Shown here one piece after another: positions 50,069 through 59,875 of a stretch of 64,000 bases of DNA; position 1 is the first letter of the stretch; the number at the start of each line of letters is the position of its first letter. Made by a program: the position numbers and the translations under genes. This DNA is from a virus (taxonomy: Duplodnaviria; Heunggongvirae; Uroviricota; Caudoviricetes): the IMG/VR virus record IMGVR_UViG_2526164631_000023. One strand, given 5' to 3'. The notes beneath the pieces were generated by a model, which worked only from the letters and a program-made list of their open reading frames with translations, was not told the DNA's origin and searched no databases.

Positions 50069-50214
50069 TCTAAAATCACAATTCGAATGTATTGATTGTG
50101 AAGATAACTTAACATAGAATTTTCCTTGCTGGTGGGCGGTACCCACGTTTCGCTTGCTGGGCTTGATAGTCACTTATTGGTTATTGTTCGCCCACCAGCA
50201 TTTAACAAATTAAA

Positions 50215-50224
50215 GTGTTAGAAA
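50215..50224 (+). promoter_or_regulatory. GTGTTAGAAA motif copy followed by TATAGT
   Basis: AAAGTGTTAGAAATGTATAGT. Confidence 0.4.
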
Positions 50225-51292
50225 TGTATAGTAATGCAAGAGCACGCTTTGGCACCGTGCAGGCCAAAGTTCAGCAGGTTTAGTGCGGAAAGTGGTTTCA
50301 GAGAGAGCACTTTGCGGAGTAAACGACAATACATGTTGAGCCACGGAAGGTCTTTTTAAGGTGTTCATTGATGATGGTCCGGCAGAGAGTAACGGTACAT
50401 GCTGCATCTAATCATCAATGCACATCTTCAACATTAAGGAGGCATAGGGATTTTTGTGGCGGTTACCTTTTGCCCTGAGTCTCCTTAATGTTGCGGTAAT
50501 GCACCTATGCGGATGTGGCCTTGCATTGTGTCTTGAAAGAATGGGGTAAGGCCGGGGATATCCCCAGGGGGAGGCACCCCCGCTGCAACGAACAGCCACA
50601 GACGGCAGTCGAGTGATGGAAACGTGTAAAGACTTTAAACCTCGTTACGGCTGGCGTGGCAAACGCGACAACCGAGACAGAGCGGTGACGGGCGGAGAGA
50701 GTGCCGCATCAAGAAAGAAGCCGACTTGTGATCCCTTTCAGCGGGCATTTGAAAGTGAATCCAGCTCAGGCAGTCGGCTTCTTTCTTGTGTGAGATGTAG
50801 CGTATTTGCCCATCTTCGGGTGGGCTTTTTTAGGGTTTTCGTCATGGTTAGCGACTTTGCGGCGGTTTAGAAACTGACCATTAAAGTAAATGCAAACGAT
50901 GATCTGATGATGGTAGCGGCCTAAGAAGCCAGACGCCACGGGGTATGAGTCGTCCCCCGTCAAAAAAATCGACCGCAGAGTGTCCCCGTCTGTGTATTAG
51001 GGAACGGGGAGGCATAACAGGCAAGGGCGCTGGTGTGATTAACCAGATGAATGAGAAGGGTCAGGTCTTTCTGGTCAGCGCCCTTACCTGTTGCGTCCTT
51101 CCCGCGTAACAGCCATTGCTTAATGGCATCCTGGGAGAACTTCTTGTAACGGGTATATCCCGTCATGCTGAAGGCGCTAATCACGCTGGAAGCCAGGGTT
51201 GTGCATCCCCTGTTACCGAATTGCAGCCAGGGCGCGGTGCGCCGAAAAGCATACGGAGGTGGAAGCCCTCGCCGGAGACGTACCCGGCAAGT

Positions 51293-51369
51293 GATGGTGT
51301 AGCTCAGTAGGATAGAGCAGCAGCCTTCTAAGCTGTCGGTAGGTGGTTCGAATCCACCCACCATCGCCA
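51293..51369 (+). tRNA. tRNA-Arg (anticodon TCT)
   Basis: Manual cloverleaf: acceptor GATGGTG/CACCATC, D-stem GCTC/GAGC, anticodon loop CTTCTAA, T-arm GGTGG-TTCGAAT-CCACC, CCA end. Confidence 0.7.
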
Positions 51370-51374
51370 ATTTA

Positions 51375-51461
51375 GGGGAGTTAGTCCGTAGGGGTAGCGG
51401 GGTAGACTGTAAATCTACTGTCATTGCGACTCGGGTGGTTCGACTCCATCACTCCCCACCA
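51375..51461 (+). tRNA. tRNA-Tyr (anticodon GTA), long variable arm
   Basis: Acceptor GGGGAGT/ACTCCCC, anticodon arm GTAGA-CTGTAAA-TCTAC, T-loop TTCGACT, CCA end. Confidence 0.65.
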
Positions 51462-51465
51462 AATT

Positions 51466-51541
51466 GCCGGTTTAGCTCAGTTGGTAGAGCAGTCGCTTTG
51501 TAAGCGAATGGTCAGCGGTTCGATCCCGTTAACCGGCACCA
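51466..51541 (+). tRNA. tRNA-Thr (anticodon TGT)
   Basis: GCCGGTTTAGCTCAGTTGGTAGAGC...TTTGTAA...GGTTCGATCC...AACCGGCACCA; close to E. coli tRNA-Thr as recalled. Confidence 0.7.
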
Positions 51542-51995
51542 ACACAACAGGTAAGAGCATTTGTAGAGTTCGACTCTCTACCGTGGGCTTTTTCCCGCGA
51601 TGCGAGCCATAAATGCTCTTACCGTTGTGATGAAGTGCAGCTCTTTGAAGCAACCAGAAGATAAGCATCTGGCTTCACAACATAAACCGCAGGAACGACC
51701 AATAAACGGTAGTCCGTATGGAGAACACCCCGTTGAGGAAGAGGTCTGGCCGGAACCGTAACCGGCACTACAACGTTGAGAACACTGGCGTAACGGGGTC
51801 ATATCCCAATCTACGAATAAATGTTGCGTTGCAGCGTGACAACCAGTGTTCTCAACATTGTGGTGAATGCGCAGGCTGATGCGCGAAAGACATTGCAGCT
51901 ATTGCGGAAAAGAGCTGTTCGGCGGGGCAATTAAACGCCCGTGAGAGTCTGAAATAACCGCAAGCCGGAGATCAGCACCGGTCGCCACAATAACG

Positions 51996-52082
51996 GGAGA
52001 GTAGGGAGCATGGTGCTCAAGCGGTCTTGAAAACCGTCCCATTGCGCAAGCGATGATGGTTCGATTCCATTACTCTCCGCCA
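51996..52082 (+). tRNA. tRNA-Ser (anticodon TGA), long variable arm
   Basis: Acceptor GGAGAGT/ACTCTCC, anticodon arm CGGTCTTGAAAACCG, T-loop TTCGATT, CCA end. Confidence 0.65.
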
Positions 52083-52373
52083 GTGCAACGTTAAGAGTAT
52101 TTGGCTAATTAAGCGAATGCCGGAAGCAGAACCGGATCACCAAATGCGTACAGGCGTCATCGCCGCCCAGCCAGCCAAGTGCTCTTACCATTGCGGTGAA
52201 TGCGGCTAAGCGCACGCGGAACAGTTAAAACAGTAAAGGTGGTCTTTTTACTGGCGTAACGAGAATCCATAAGTGATCCGGCGTTAATTGTTAACTGGTT
52301 AACGTCACCGGGAGGCACCCGGCACCGCAACCTAACAGCAATGGCGTTTTGTCTTAAAAGGTGGCTGCAAGTG

Positions 52374-52502
52374 ATGGATTTTTGGGCGTTTGCCGATAAA
52401 AACCCGGAGTGGACATTATTGTTTCTGCTGGTGGTTGCATACGGGGTAGAGCAAGCGGCAAAAGCCTTACGCGGTTCTGGCAAAAAGCGTAAGCGTAATT
52501 AA
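52374..52502 (+). CDS. small hydrophobic peptide (42 aa) inside the tRNA island
   Basis: AGGTGG RBS 10 nt before ATG; MDFWAFADKNPEWTLLFLLVVAYGVEQAAKALRGSGKKRKRN (one TM plus basic tail). Confidence 0.25.
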   Translation: MDFWAFADKNPEWTLLFLLVVAYGVEQAAKALRGSGKKRKRN

Positions 52503-52511
52503 CAGTAATCT

Positions 52512-52587
52512 GGCCCTTTAGCTCAGTGGTTAGAGCGGGCGACTCATAATCGCACGGTCACCGGTTCAAGTCCGGTAGGGGCCACCA
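52512..52587 (+). tRNA. tRNA with anticodon CAT, most like tRNA-Ile2 (lysidine type); elongator Met not excluded
   Basis: GGCCCTTTAGCTCAGTGGTTAGAGCGGGCGACTCATAATCGC...GGTTCAAGTCC...GGGGCCACCA, close to E. coli ileX-type tRNA as recalled. Confidence 0.65.
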
Positions 52588-53039
52588 CATTTGGTTGTAA
52601 CACGGCGTATGGCACATGCGTCGTTAGCGGTCTGGTGTAGCTGTTAGGTACCTTTTACTAACACTGCATGGGCACACCAGGTAGCCGGAATGTGCAAGCC
52701 CCGTTCATAGCGTCGGACTGCGGATTCACCATCCTGGCGATTCGGTGTGACAGCCGGAAGAGCACGGCGCACAACAGGAAAAGGCGTTTAATTAGCGTGA
52801 GCGCCGTTTCCGTTGTGGTAATTGCGGCTATGCGCTCGTGACGAAGCCATTTTCATTCACTACGTTCTGATAAGTGACGTCGCCAGGAGTGGCTAACCTG
52901 GCAGGTGGAGGCACCACCGCCACAACTCCTTTCAATTCATCATATAGCCGCTCAGGCTGTACCCCTTAATTAATACGAAGTTACGACATCACTACCGGTA
53001 CTTCCGGGGGATAGTCGCGCGTGTAAAAAAGGAGACGTT

Positions 53040-53615
53040 ATGTTAATGGCGAACGATAACGCATATGCAGAAGAAGATCTCATTTTGAGTGACTTCATAG
53101 GGAAGCGGGAACGCTGGACCAAAAAGCGAGAGGAACTTTACGCCTCATTAGTTCGCAAAGGCGTCAATATCGAAACCGCACAGAGCGGTGATATGACAGT
53201 GGTAAGCGTGGATTTGCACGGTGTAAGCGTGTCAGCAATCAATCATGAGCCATACGTTGCGTTATCCGAGTCAATGGTAAGGTTAGTTAAGTTCCTGAAG
53301 TACACAGAAGCGAATAATGTAATCATTGGCAAAAAGAATATCCCTTTTTCCTCGGCTTTTTACTGGATGATGAAAGGGCTTGATGCCCGGCGGACATCAT
53401 GGCCTAAAGGGAGCTATATATCGATGTTCCGTGGCAGCATTGGCAGCAAAGAAAAGCTCTTCGAATTCTTGCCGGAAGAGGCATTCGATATTGTGGAAGG
53501 GTGCGATGTGATGGTGATGCCTCGCCTGGTAATGATGAATGGTGATTTACAGGCGCAGACAGACTGGTTTGCAACTGGTGTGGATATTATCGCGACTGAC
53601 TGGGAGGCTTTCTGA
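53040..53615 (+). CDS. hypothetical protein
   Basis: 191 aa; first gene of an overlapping pair (ATGA). Confidence 0.35.
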   Translation: MLMANDNAYAEEDLILSDFIGKRERWTKKREELYASLVRKGVNIETAQSGDMTVVSVDLHGVSVSAINHEPYVALSESMVRLVKFLKYTEANNVIIGKKNIPFSSAFYWMMKGLDARRTSWPKGSYISMFRGSIGSKEKLFEFLPEEAFDIVEGCDVMVMPRLVMMNGDLQAQTDWFATGVDIIATDWEAF

Positions 53616-54007
53616 TGTACGGGACTACCAAATTAAGCACTCAACAGGCCACCAATATGGAGTGGTCTATCGCTAACTGTAAGATCGTGTCATGCAATGC
53701 CACGCGTACTGATGTGGGCCATAAAAGCACTATAACAGGCTATCTAGTAATGACCACCAGGGGGATGAGGGTTAGATTTCGCTGGAAAGCAGAGCAAGTA
53801 ACGCCATTCAGAGAGCCATCAATGCCGCTGCAGGTTGAGCAGGATTATCTATGTTTACCAGAAATAGATGGAGGAATGCTGGTGGAGTCTGATGGTAGTA
53901 AGGCTGATTTTGAAGCCAATTTGAAGCTGGCACAGGCCGTAATCAATAGTTATCGCGGACAGTGGATCGCAAAAGTGAAACATGTTGTTCGTTTGTCTCG
54001 CTGGTAG
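53615..54007 (+). CDS. hypothetical protein
   Basis: 130 aa. Confidence 0.35.
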   Translation: MYGTTKLSTQQATNMEWSIANCKIVSCNATRTDVGHKSTITGYLVMTTRGMRVRFRWKAEQVTPFREPSMPLQVEQDYLCLPEIDGGMLVESDGSKADFEANLKLAQAVINSYRGQWIAKVKHVVRLSRW

Positions 54008-54114
54008 TGTTAGGTATTTAATATTAATTTTCTAATATAATCATCTTTTTACCAGTCTATACAGTTTTAACATTCTCATTATCATCCCCTCGGTCATTTC
54101 CTGCCGGGGGATTA

Positions 54115-54507
54115 ATGGAACAAATCAGCAGCGCAGAAATTGCGGATATCATGATCAGGGCTGACTGCTATCTGACAGTCACTGAAATTACCACTCTCGC
54201 CAAAGAAAAATACCCTCATCTCCATGTTTCACGAGTAAGTGTAACTAACATCATTCGTCATTTTGTTCGTTCAAGCAGGGCAATCTGTGAGCTTGATGAT
54301 CGTGTTTACCCACGAAAATACTGGTTGCATGGCCTGAACGGATATCAGTTCAAGGTGCGTGGGCGAACCCCTGAATACGGCAGTTTACTGGTTAAAAACT
54401 GTAGCAGGAAATCAGTCGAACAGGCGCGAAAAGAGCAACGAGAGCTGGTGGACATGGCGAATAAGCTGTGGAATGCCGCCGTTAAAAAGCGTGGTGTTGC
54501 TTTATGA
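54115..54507 (+). CDS. hypothetical protein upstream of the terminase genes
   Basis: 130 aa; stop overlaps the start of the next gene. Confidence 0.3.
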   Translation: MEQISSAEIADIMIRADCYLTVTEITTLAKEKYPHLHVSRVSVTNIIRHFVRSSRAICELDDRVYPRKYWLHGLNGYQFKVRGRTPEYGSLLVKNCSRKSVEQARKEQRELVDMANKLWNAAVKKRGVAL

Positions 54508-55868
54508 GTCTGGTTAATTGGGAGGAGCACCGCGCCCGCTTTATAGCGTTGCGTGAAGAAAAAGGGATCACTGTAAAGGAATACTGTGAGGAGCATGGCC
54601 TTAGCTTCAATACAGCCAGAAAGCATCTCAATATGAAAAAAAATGAGGTGCGGTCGCAGGTAAAGACAACAAAAAAAAGCACCAAATCACCTGAAAAAAA
54701 ACGGGCAGGAAGAGCAACAAAAAAGCAGGAAGAGGGTGCAGAAAAAACAAAATTTACAGAAATTGACAATTCGCAGGGCGCAGGTTCTTTCCGAAGTATG
54801 CCGAGAAAGAAAACTTCGGATCATGAAAATAATTTAAATAATAACAATGAGATAAAAGAATCCGTCAGGAGATCATTGCGCGAAAAAATGGCGAAAATGA
54901 TCCCCGAAGAAGATAAAAGTGCCCCAAAAATTGAGGGATCTTCTGCAATGATCCCTGACGGTGCTGTGCAGCGTGCCACATTGCCAACTACGAATGTGGC
55001 TCGCGATATGATGAAGAACGGCGCAGAAGAACACCTGCGGTTAGCAATTCAAATGGCGCAAGAGCGCGCACTTCAGTATCAAAGCATTGTTGATCAGGAG
55101 GCCGAACGTCTACAGGCGGAAATAGACACCTTGGGCGATAAAGAGCCAGAAGGAATGCACCCTGGGCAGCGCCTTCTCGGTCTAATCAGTGACGCGGCCT
55201 ACTACATGAATGATTTTATCAGTAGGTTGGCAGCTATATATCAGTCCGAACAAAAGCTGCGACAGGGGGATGAAAAGCTTCGTCAGAGCGCTCGCCAGCA
55301 AGCATTCAAAGAGGCTGAGGCCAGAGAAAAACTCGAATTAGCACGCCTACAGGCCGAACAGCGTGGCAAAGAGATTGAATATCGCATTGGCGCTGACGCA
55401 CGCGCAGCCAGAGTTATCGCCGCCGCTATACGTATGCGTGAGCGCGAGGAACTGGATGATATCGGTGTTGCTGAATACATCGAGCGCCAGGGTGTCAGCG
55501 TCCCGGCTATCCTCGCGGCGCGCGCGGCGAAAGCTATCACTCTTCTCGAACCACCTGTTTCTGACGTCAATGATGTTGATGATGAACAGCTGGACAAAGA
55601 GGCAAGGGAGTTTGCAACGCTTCAGGCTAACCATCCGCTATGGCTGGCAGAGCGCCGGGCGGATGTGGCAACCATTGTTGAAGAATTGGGTTGCGGAGAT
55701 TACGACCGCAATGGCGAGCGTAAAGCTGGAGAATTCGAGGCCAACGACGAAGAGCTGGATATTGACCCTTCGGCAACGGCTGAAATTTACGGTGATTATG
55801 ATGCATCTGATGCAGGGTATGACGCCGGAGATGATGATATCGCGATAGAACCGCCGGAGGATGATTAA
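54504..55868 (+). CDS. terminase small subunit (PacA-like)
   Basis: 454 aa; basic N-terminal region, acidic C-terminus (DYDASDAGYDAGDDDIAIEPPEDD); stop overlaps the start of the large terminase (TAATG). Confidence 0.5.
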   Translation: MSLVNWEEHRARFIALREEKGITVKEYCEEHGLSFNTARKHLNMKKNEVRSQVKTTKKSTKSPEKKRAGRATKKQEEGAEKTKFTEIDNSQGAGSFRSMPRKKTSDHENNLNNNNEIKESVRRSLREKMAKMIPEEDKSAPKIEGSSAMIPDGAVQRATLPTTNVARDMMKNGAEEHLRLAIQMAQERALQYQSIVDQEAERLQAEIDTLGDKEPEGMHPGQRLLGLISDAAYYMNDFISRLAAIYQSEQKLRQGDEKLRQSARQQAFKEAEAREKLELARLQAEQRGKEIEYRIGADARAARVIAAAIRMREREELDDIGVAEYIERQGVSVPAILAARAAKAITLLEPPVSDVNDVDDEQLDKEAREFATLQANHPLWLAERRADVATIVEELGCGDYDRNGERKAGEFEANDEELDIDPSATAEIYGDYDASDAGYDAGDDDIAIEPPEDD

Positions 55869-57376
55869 TGGCTGGCGGGCGCAAGGTTAAATGCGTCACC
55901 AGAGATCCACGCTGGCGCGATATGGTAATCAAATACCGCTACAACTTTACCCAGGCTGTTGTCGATATTTTTGGGATGTTCCCCTCCCACCAGCAGCAGC
56001 AGATCATTCAGTCCGTACAGGAAACGGGGAGTAGGACTACCGTCACGTCCGGACACGGAACGGGGAAGTCGTCCCTTACCGCGATGTTGCTGTTGATTTT
56101 TATGATCCTGTTCCCCGATGCCCGTGTCATCATTGTTGCTAACAAGATAGGCCAGGTAAAAACAGGCGTATTCAAATACGTTAAACAGTATTGGGCGAAT
56201 GCAGTTAAGCGTCATGGGTGGTTGCAGACCTATTTTGTCCTCTCTGACACCATGTTTTATGAGCGCTCCCGTAAGGGGATTTGGGAAGTTCTCTGCAAAG
56301 GTTATCGACTCGGCAACGAAGAAGCGCTGGCGGGGGAACACGCGGCACATTTGCTTCTAATTCTGGATGAAGCATCTGGTATATCTGATAAGGCGATCGG
56401 CGTAATGACCGGTGCTCTTACTGAAGAAGATAACCGGATGTTGATGCTATCCCAGCCAACAAGGCCAAGTGGTTATTTCTACGATTCGCACCATTCTCGA
56501 GCAAAAACCCCAGGCAACCCGAAAGGGATCTGGACAGCAATTGTTCTTAACTCGGAAGAATCACCGTTCGTCACACCACAATTCATCAAGGAGAAGCTTC
56601 TGGAATATGGCGGGCGCGATTCTATTGAGTACATGGTCAAGGTGCTTGGTCAGTTCCCACGAGAAATTAACGGCTATTTGCTTGGTCGTGATGAATGCGA
56701 TCGCGCTGCTCGCCGCAAGGTGTTGTTGGAGAAAAACTGGGGATGGGTGGCAACGGCTGACGTTGGTAATGGGCGAGATAAGTCGGTCCTCAACATCTGC
56801 AAGGTATCAGGTCACAGGGATAAGCGGCGCGTTGTTAACTTTAAGGTAATGGAGATGCCTGGCACTATGGACCCATTGGCCTTTGCTGACTTCATATATA
56901 ACGAATGTACGCCGGAAAAATACCCGAATATAACAATCGCGGTTGATGCTGATGGTTTTGGTTCTGATACGTGTGCGCAGTTGGTGCGTCGTGGTGCGAA
57001 CCCGGTACGTATTCGGTGGGGAAAACCCATGTTTGCGAACAAAGACAGGGAGCGATTTGTTAATCAGCGTGCCTACGCAAATATTATGGCGCGTGATGCC
57101 ATAAAGTCAGGGCGTATGCGGATAGACAGTGACCCTAAAACGGCAGAGCAAGCGTCAAAAATCCCCTTTTTACTGAATGAAGAGGGGAAAATGGCGATGA
57201 TGCGCAAAGAGCACATGCGGCAAAAGCTAAACATCAAATCGCCTGACCGATGGGATACCTACTGCTTCACTATGCTGGTGGACTATGTGCCTGCTAATGA
57301 AGATATTGGTGCCGAAATGGCAACTTTCCGAGATCAGGTTCTGGCGGATATCGAAATGCCGGATCTGGATATATAA
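55868..57376 (+). CDS. terminase large subunit (PacB-like)
   Basis: 502 aa; Walker A VTSGHGTGKSS; Walker B-like LLLILDEASGI. Confidence 0.75.
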   Translation: MAGGRKVKCVTRDPRWRDMVIKYRYNFTQAVVDIFGMFPSHQQQQIIQSVQETGSRTTVTSGHGTGKSSLTAMLLLIFMILFPDARVIIVANKIGQVKTGVFKYVKQYWANAVKRHGWLQTYFVLSDTMFYERSRKGIWEVLCKGYRLGNEEALAGEHAAHLLLILDEASGISDKAIGVMTGALTEEDNRMLMLSQPTRPSGYFYDSHHSRAKTPGNPKGIWTAIVLNSEESPFVTPQFIKEKLLEYGGRDSIEYMVKVLGQFPREINGYLLGRDECDRAARRKVLLEKNWGWVATADVGNGRDKSVLNICKVSGHRDKRRVVNFKVMEMPGTMDPLAFADFIYNECTPEKYPNITIAVDADGFGSDTCAQLVRRGANPVRIRWGKPMFANKDRERFVNQRAYANIMARDAIKSGRMRIDSDPKTAEQASKIPFLLNEEGKMAMMRKEHMRQKLNIKSPDRWDTYCFTMLVDYVPANEDIGAEMATFRDQVLADIEMPDLDI

Positions 57377-57379
57377 AAG

Positions 57380-57396
57380 CCCCGCGGTGCGGGGCC
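57380..57396. terminator. bidirectional hairpin between convergent genes
   Basis: GCCCCGCGGTGCGGGGC. Confidence 0.5.
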
Positions 57397-57404
57397 GGTG
57401 GTGA

Positions 57405-58442
57405 TTACCAGAGCTTTGCGGCGTGCTGCGTTTGGGGGAATGTGTATCCGTAACGTTCTTCGATTGCTTTGCCGTATTTTTTACGCGCTTCATTCAGTTT
57501 GATGCCGGTCAGGTCGTCTCCAGAGGCCATCATTACGTCTAACAATTCCAGATCCATTTTATCCAGCCTTGCCATTGCTTCACGCGATGTACGAATCTTA
57601 CGTTCAATGATATGGCGAATGGCCGGATCGGCATCCTCCAGCATCTTAGCGGATTTCTGCTTAAGGTTTTCGTTGCGAATATCGATGTTCCTTAAGATGT
57701 ACGACTTCGCAACGTAGCTTGGCTGGTGTTTTTCCAGGTCACGAACACGATATAAGTTAAAATCGCCGAGAAGGCTGCAAGGTACCGATTCGACGCCAGA
57801 ATAAATTGTAATGCTCCGGCGTTCACCAACATTATTGACAACGGGGATCGTTGTCTTCGGTAGTCTTGCGAAAACCAATGCGCCATGTGCGCCAACTCTA
57901 AAGCGAGAAAGGGCATTGCTGCCTTCGATGTTTGTTGTCAGCACAACATCTGTATATGCCTCTTTACGCGCCCGGTAGATCTCGCCTTCAGGCTCAGCTT
58001 CAAAGAAGCGCTGTTCTTCTTCAAGAGCACCTACGATTTGAGAAAAAACCCTATTTTTCAGGCTTTTCTTTATGATTTTGTCGTATTTTTTGAGCAATTG
58101 CTCACGTGTAAATGTACGTGTTGTTGTAGCGCTTTGCACAACAACATGCGTGCTTTGATTGGTGTCCTCAATGATGAATGGGATCGGAGAATATACAGAC
58201 TCAACAATGTTCGACGCTTTGCCGTCGGCATCGCGACACATGTCAACGAAGGCTTTCCATTCAGCAAGACATTTTTCAGCTTCTTCTAATATGTTTTGGT
58301 CATGCGTTAATGCAACATGGCGGAATTCCTCGCCAGCATAACTGGTATCATGGAAAACAGAGTTTGCGACCACCAGCTCTTTCCACCGTTCAGCGGTTTG
58401 CAGGAACCGTTTGTACTCTTTCTCGATCGACTTCTTACTCAT
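57405..58442 (-). CDS. hypothetical protein at the position where P1 carries the c1 repressor (candidate regulator)
   Basis: 345 aa; between terminase and the lox-like site; TGTTAGAAA motif immediately upstream of its start. Confidence 0.3.
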   Translation of the reverse strand: MSKKSIEKEYKRFLQTAERWKELVVANSVFHDTSYAGEEFRHVALTHDQNILEEAEKCLAEWKAFVDMCRDADGKASNIVESVYSPIPFIIEDTNQSTHVVVQSATTTRTFTREQLLKKYDKIIKKSLKNRVFSQIVGALEEEQRFFEAEPEGEIYRARKEAYTDVVLTTNIEGSNALSRFRVGAHGALVFARLPKTTIPVVNNVGERRSITIYSGVESVPCSLLGDFNLYRVRDLEKHQPSYVAKSYILRNIDIRNENLKQKSAKMLEDADPAIRHIIERKIRTSREAMARLDKMDLELLDVMMASGDDLTGIKLNEARKKYGKAIEERYGYTFPQTQHAAKLW

Positions 58443-58461
58443 TATTCCTACTCGATTTAGT

Positions 58462-58470
58462 TTTCTAACA
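58462..58470 (-). promoter_or_regulatory. TGTTAGAAA motif copy (minus orientation)
   Basis: AGTTTTCTAACATAAAAT. Confidence 0.4.
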
Positions 58471-58650
58471 TAAAATTACTATGACAAATTTATGTCGAAT
58501 AACAGAGTGAGTAAAGGATAGAGCTGTGATTTTTTGTCATCAATTTTAGAAAACCAACTGTATAAACCACACTTCGCAAATTAAAGACCATGAAGGCAAC
58601 GTGTTACTGGTCAGAATCAATCTGTGATGGATTAAAAAAATCGCCATTTT

Positions 58651-58684
58651 ATAACTTTAAATAATTGGCATTATTTAAAGTTAG
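58651..58684. other. lox-like recombination site (13-bp inverted arms, 8-bp spacer)
   Basis: ATAACTTTAAATA ATTGGCAT TATTTAAAGTTAG; arms 12/13 complementary; compare loxP ATAACTTCGTATA GCATACAT TATACGAAGTTAT. Confidence 0.6.
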
Positions 58685-58835
58685 GCTATAATCATGTGTA
58701 GATGAACAGTGTTGACATCACTGAAAATACGTGCCTCGAATCAAAGGCTTGTATTTTGAAAATTAACTTATAGCTACCCTGTCATTTTTATATTTTTCGC
58801 GTAGCGTCATCTGTATATAGAGGTCAAATAGTTTC

Positions 58836-59864
58836 ATGAGTGAATTAATTATCTCTGGCAGTTCCGGTGGTTTTCTGCGCAACATTGGCAAAGAGTACCA
58901 GGAAGCCGCAGAAAACTTTATGCGGTTCATGAATGACCAGGGGGCTTATGCGCCGAATACTCTGCGCGACCTCCGGTTGGTGTTTCATTCCTGGGCGCGC
59001 TGGTGTCACGCTCGCCAGCTTGCCTGGTTTCCGATCTCACCAGAAATGGCCCGCGAGTATTTTCTTCAGCTGCATGATGCCGATCTGGCTTCGACCACCA
59101 TTGATAAGCACTACGCCATGCTGAACATGCTGCTTTCGCATTGTGGCCTTCCGCCACTTTCGGATGATAAAAGTGTTTCTCTGGCTATGCGGCGCATCCG
59201 GCGCGAAGCGGCAACTGAAAAAGGCGAACGAACAGGCCAGGCTATACCGCTTCGGTGGGACGATCTGAAACTGCTCGACGTCCTGTTGTCCAGGTCAGAA
59301 CGGCTGGTAGACCTGCGCAACCGGGCTTTTCTCTTTGTTGCATACAATACGCTGATGCGTATGTCGGAAATATCGCGTATTCGTGTAGGTGATCTGGACC
59401 AAACAGGTGACACTGTCACGCTACATATTTCACACACGAAGACAATAACGACCGCCGCCGGGCTTGATAAGGTGCTTTCCCGTCGCACTACTGCTGTGCT
59501 GAATGACTGGCTGGATGTTTCCGGGCTTCGTGAACATCCTGACGCGGTGCTGTTCCCGCCGATACACCGTAGCAATAAGGCCAGGATTACGACAACGCCC
59601 CTTACTGCACCTGCAATGGAGAAAATATTCAGCGACGCCTGGGTGTTGCTGAATAAAAGGGATGCCGCGCCAAACAAAGGGAGATACCGGACGTGGACCG
59701 GGCATAGTGCTCGTGTCGGGGCCGCTATCGATATGGCTGAAAAGCAGGTGTCTATGGTGGAGATCATGCAGGAAGGAACCTGGAAGAAACCGGAAACACT
59801 TATGCGGTATCTGCGCCGTGGCGGTGTGTCTGTGGGGGCTAATAGCCGCTTGATGGATTCGTAA
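58836..59864 (+). CDS. Cre-like tyrosine site-specific recombinase
   Basis: 342 aa; recalled Cre alignment: RNRAFLFVAYNTLMRMSEISRIRVGDL, WTGHSARVGAAIDMA, VSLAMRRIRRE. Confidence 0.85.
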   Translation: MSELIISGSSGGFLRNIGKEYQEAAENFMRFMNDQGAYAPNTLRDLRLVFHSWARWCHARQLAWFPISPEMAREYFLQLHDADLASTTIDKHYAMLNMLLSHCGLPPLSDDKSVSLAMRRIRREAATEKGERTGQAIPLRWDDLKLLDVLLSRSERLVDLRNRAFLFVAYNTLMRMSEISRIRVGDLDQTGDTVTLHISHTKTITTAAGLDKVLSRRTTAVLNDWLDVSGLREHPDAVLFPPIHRSNKARITTTPLTAPAMEKIFSDAWVLLNKRDAAPNKGRYRTWTGHSARVGAAIDMAEKQVSMVEIMQEGTWKKPETLMRYLRRGGVSVGANSRLMDS

Positions 59865-59875
59865 ATTAAATTTCT
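59865..59875 (-). promoter_or_regulatory. TGTGTTAGAAA motif copy (minus orientation) directly after the recombinase stop
   Basis: AAATTTCTAACACAT. Confidence 0.4.

Noticed and set aside
50613-50870. 85-aa plus ORF in the tRNA leader
   Set aside because: Composition is dominated by the hairpin repeats (Arg/Ser-rich from GC hairpins); no RBS; more likely structured RNA.
50960-51424. 154-aa minus-strand ORF and neighbouring ORFs 51424..51612, 51477..51668, 51578..51802
   Set aside because: They overlap the tRNA-Arg, Tyr and Thr genes and spacers. Only the segment about 51000-51190 (...KFSQDAIKQWLLRGKDATGKG...) looks protein-like and could be a gene relic; not enough evidence to call.
54504-55100. 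P1-style pac site (clustered TGATCA/G hexamers) inside the PacA-like gene
   Set aside because: GATC-containing hexamers occur at about 54556, 54820, 54899, 54935, 54948 and 55089 but not in the two tight clusters expected for P1 pac; cannot be placed confidently.
59111-59767. 218-aa minus-strand ORF inside the Cre-like gene
   Set aside because: Antisense to a motif-supported recombinase; Arg/Ser-rich shadow ORF.
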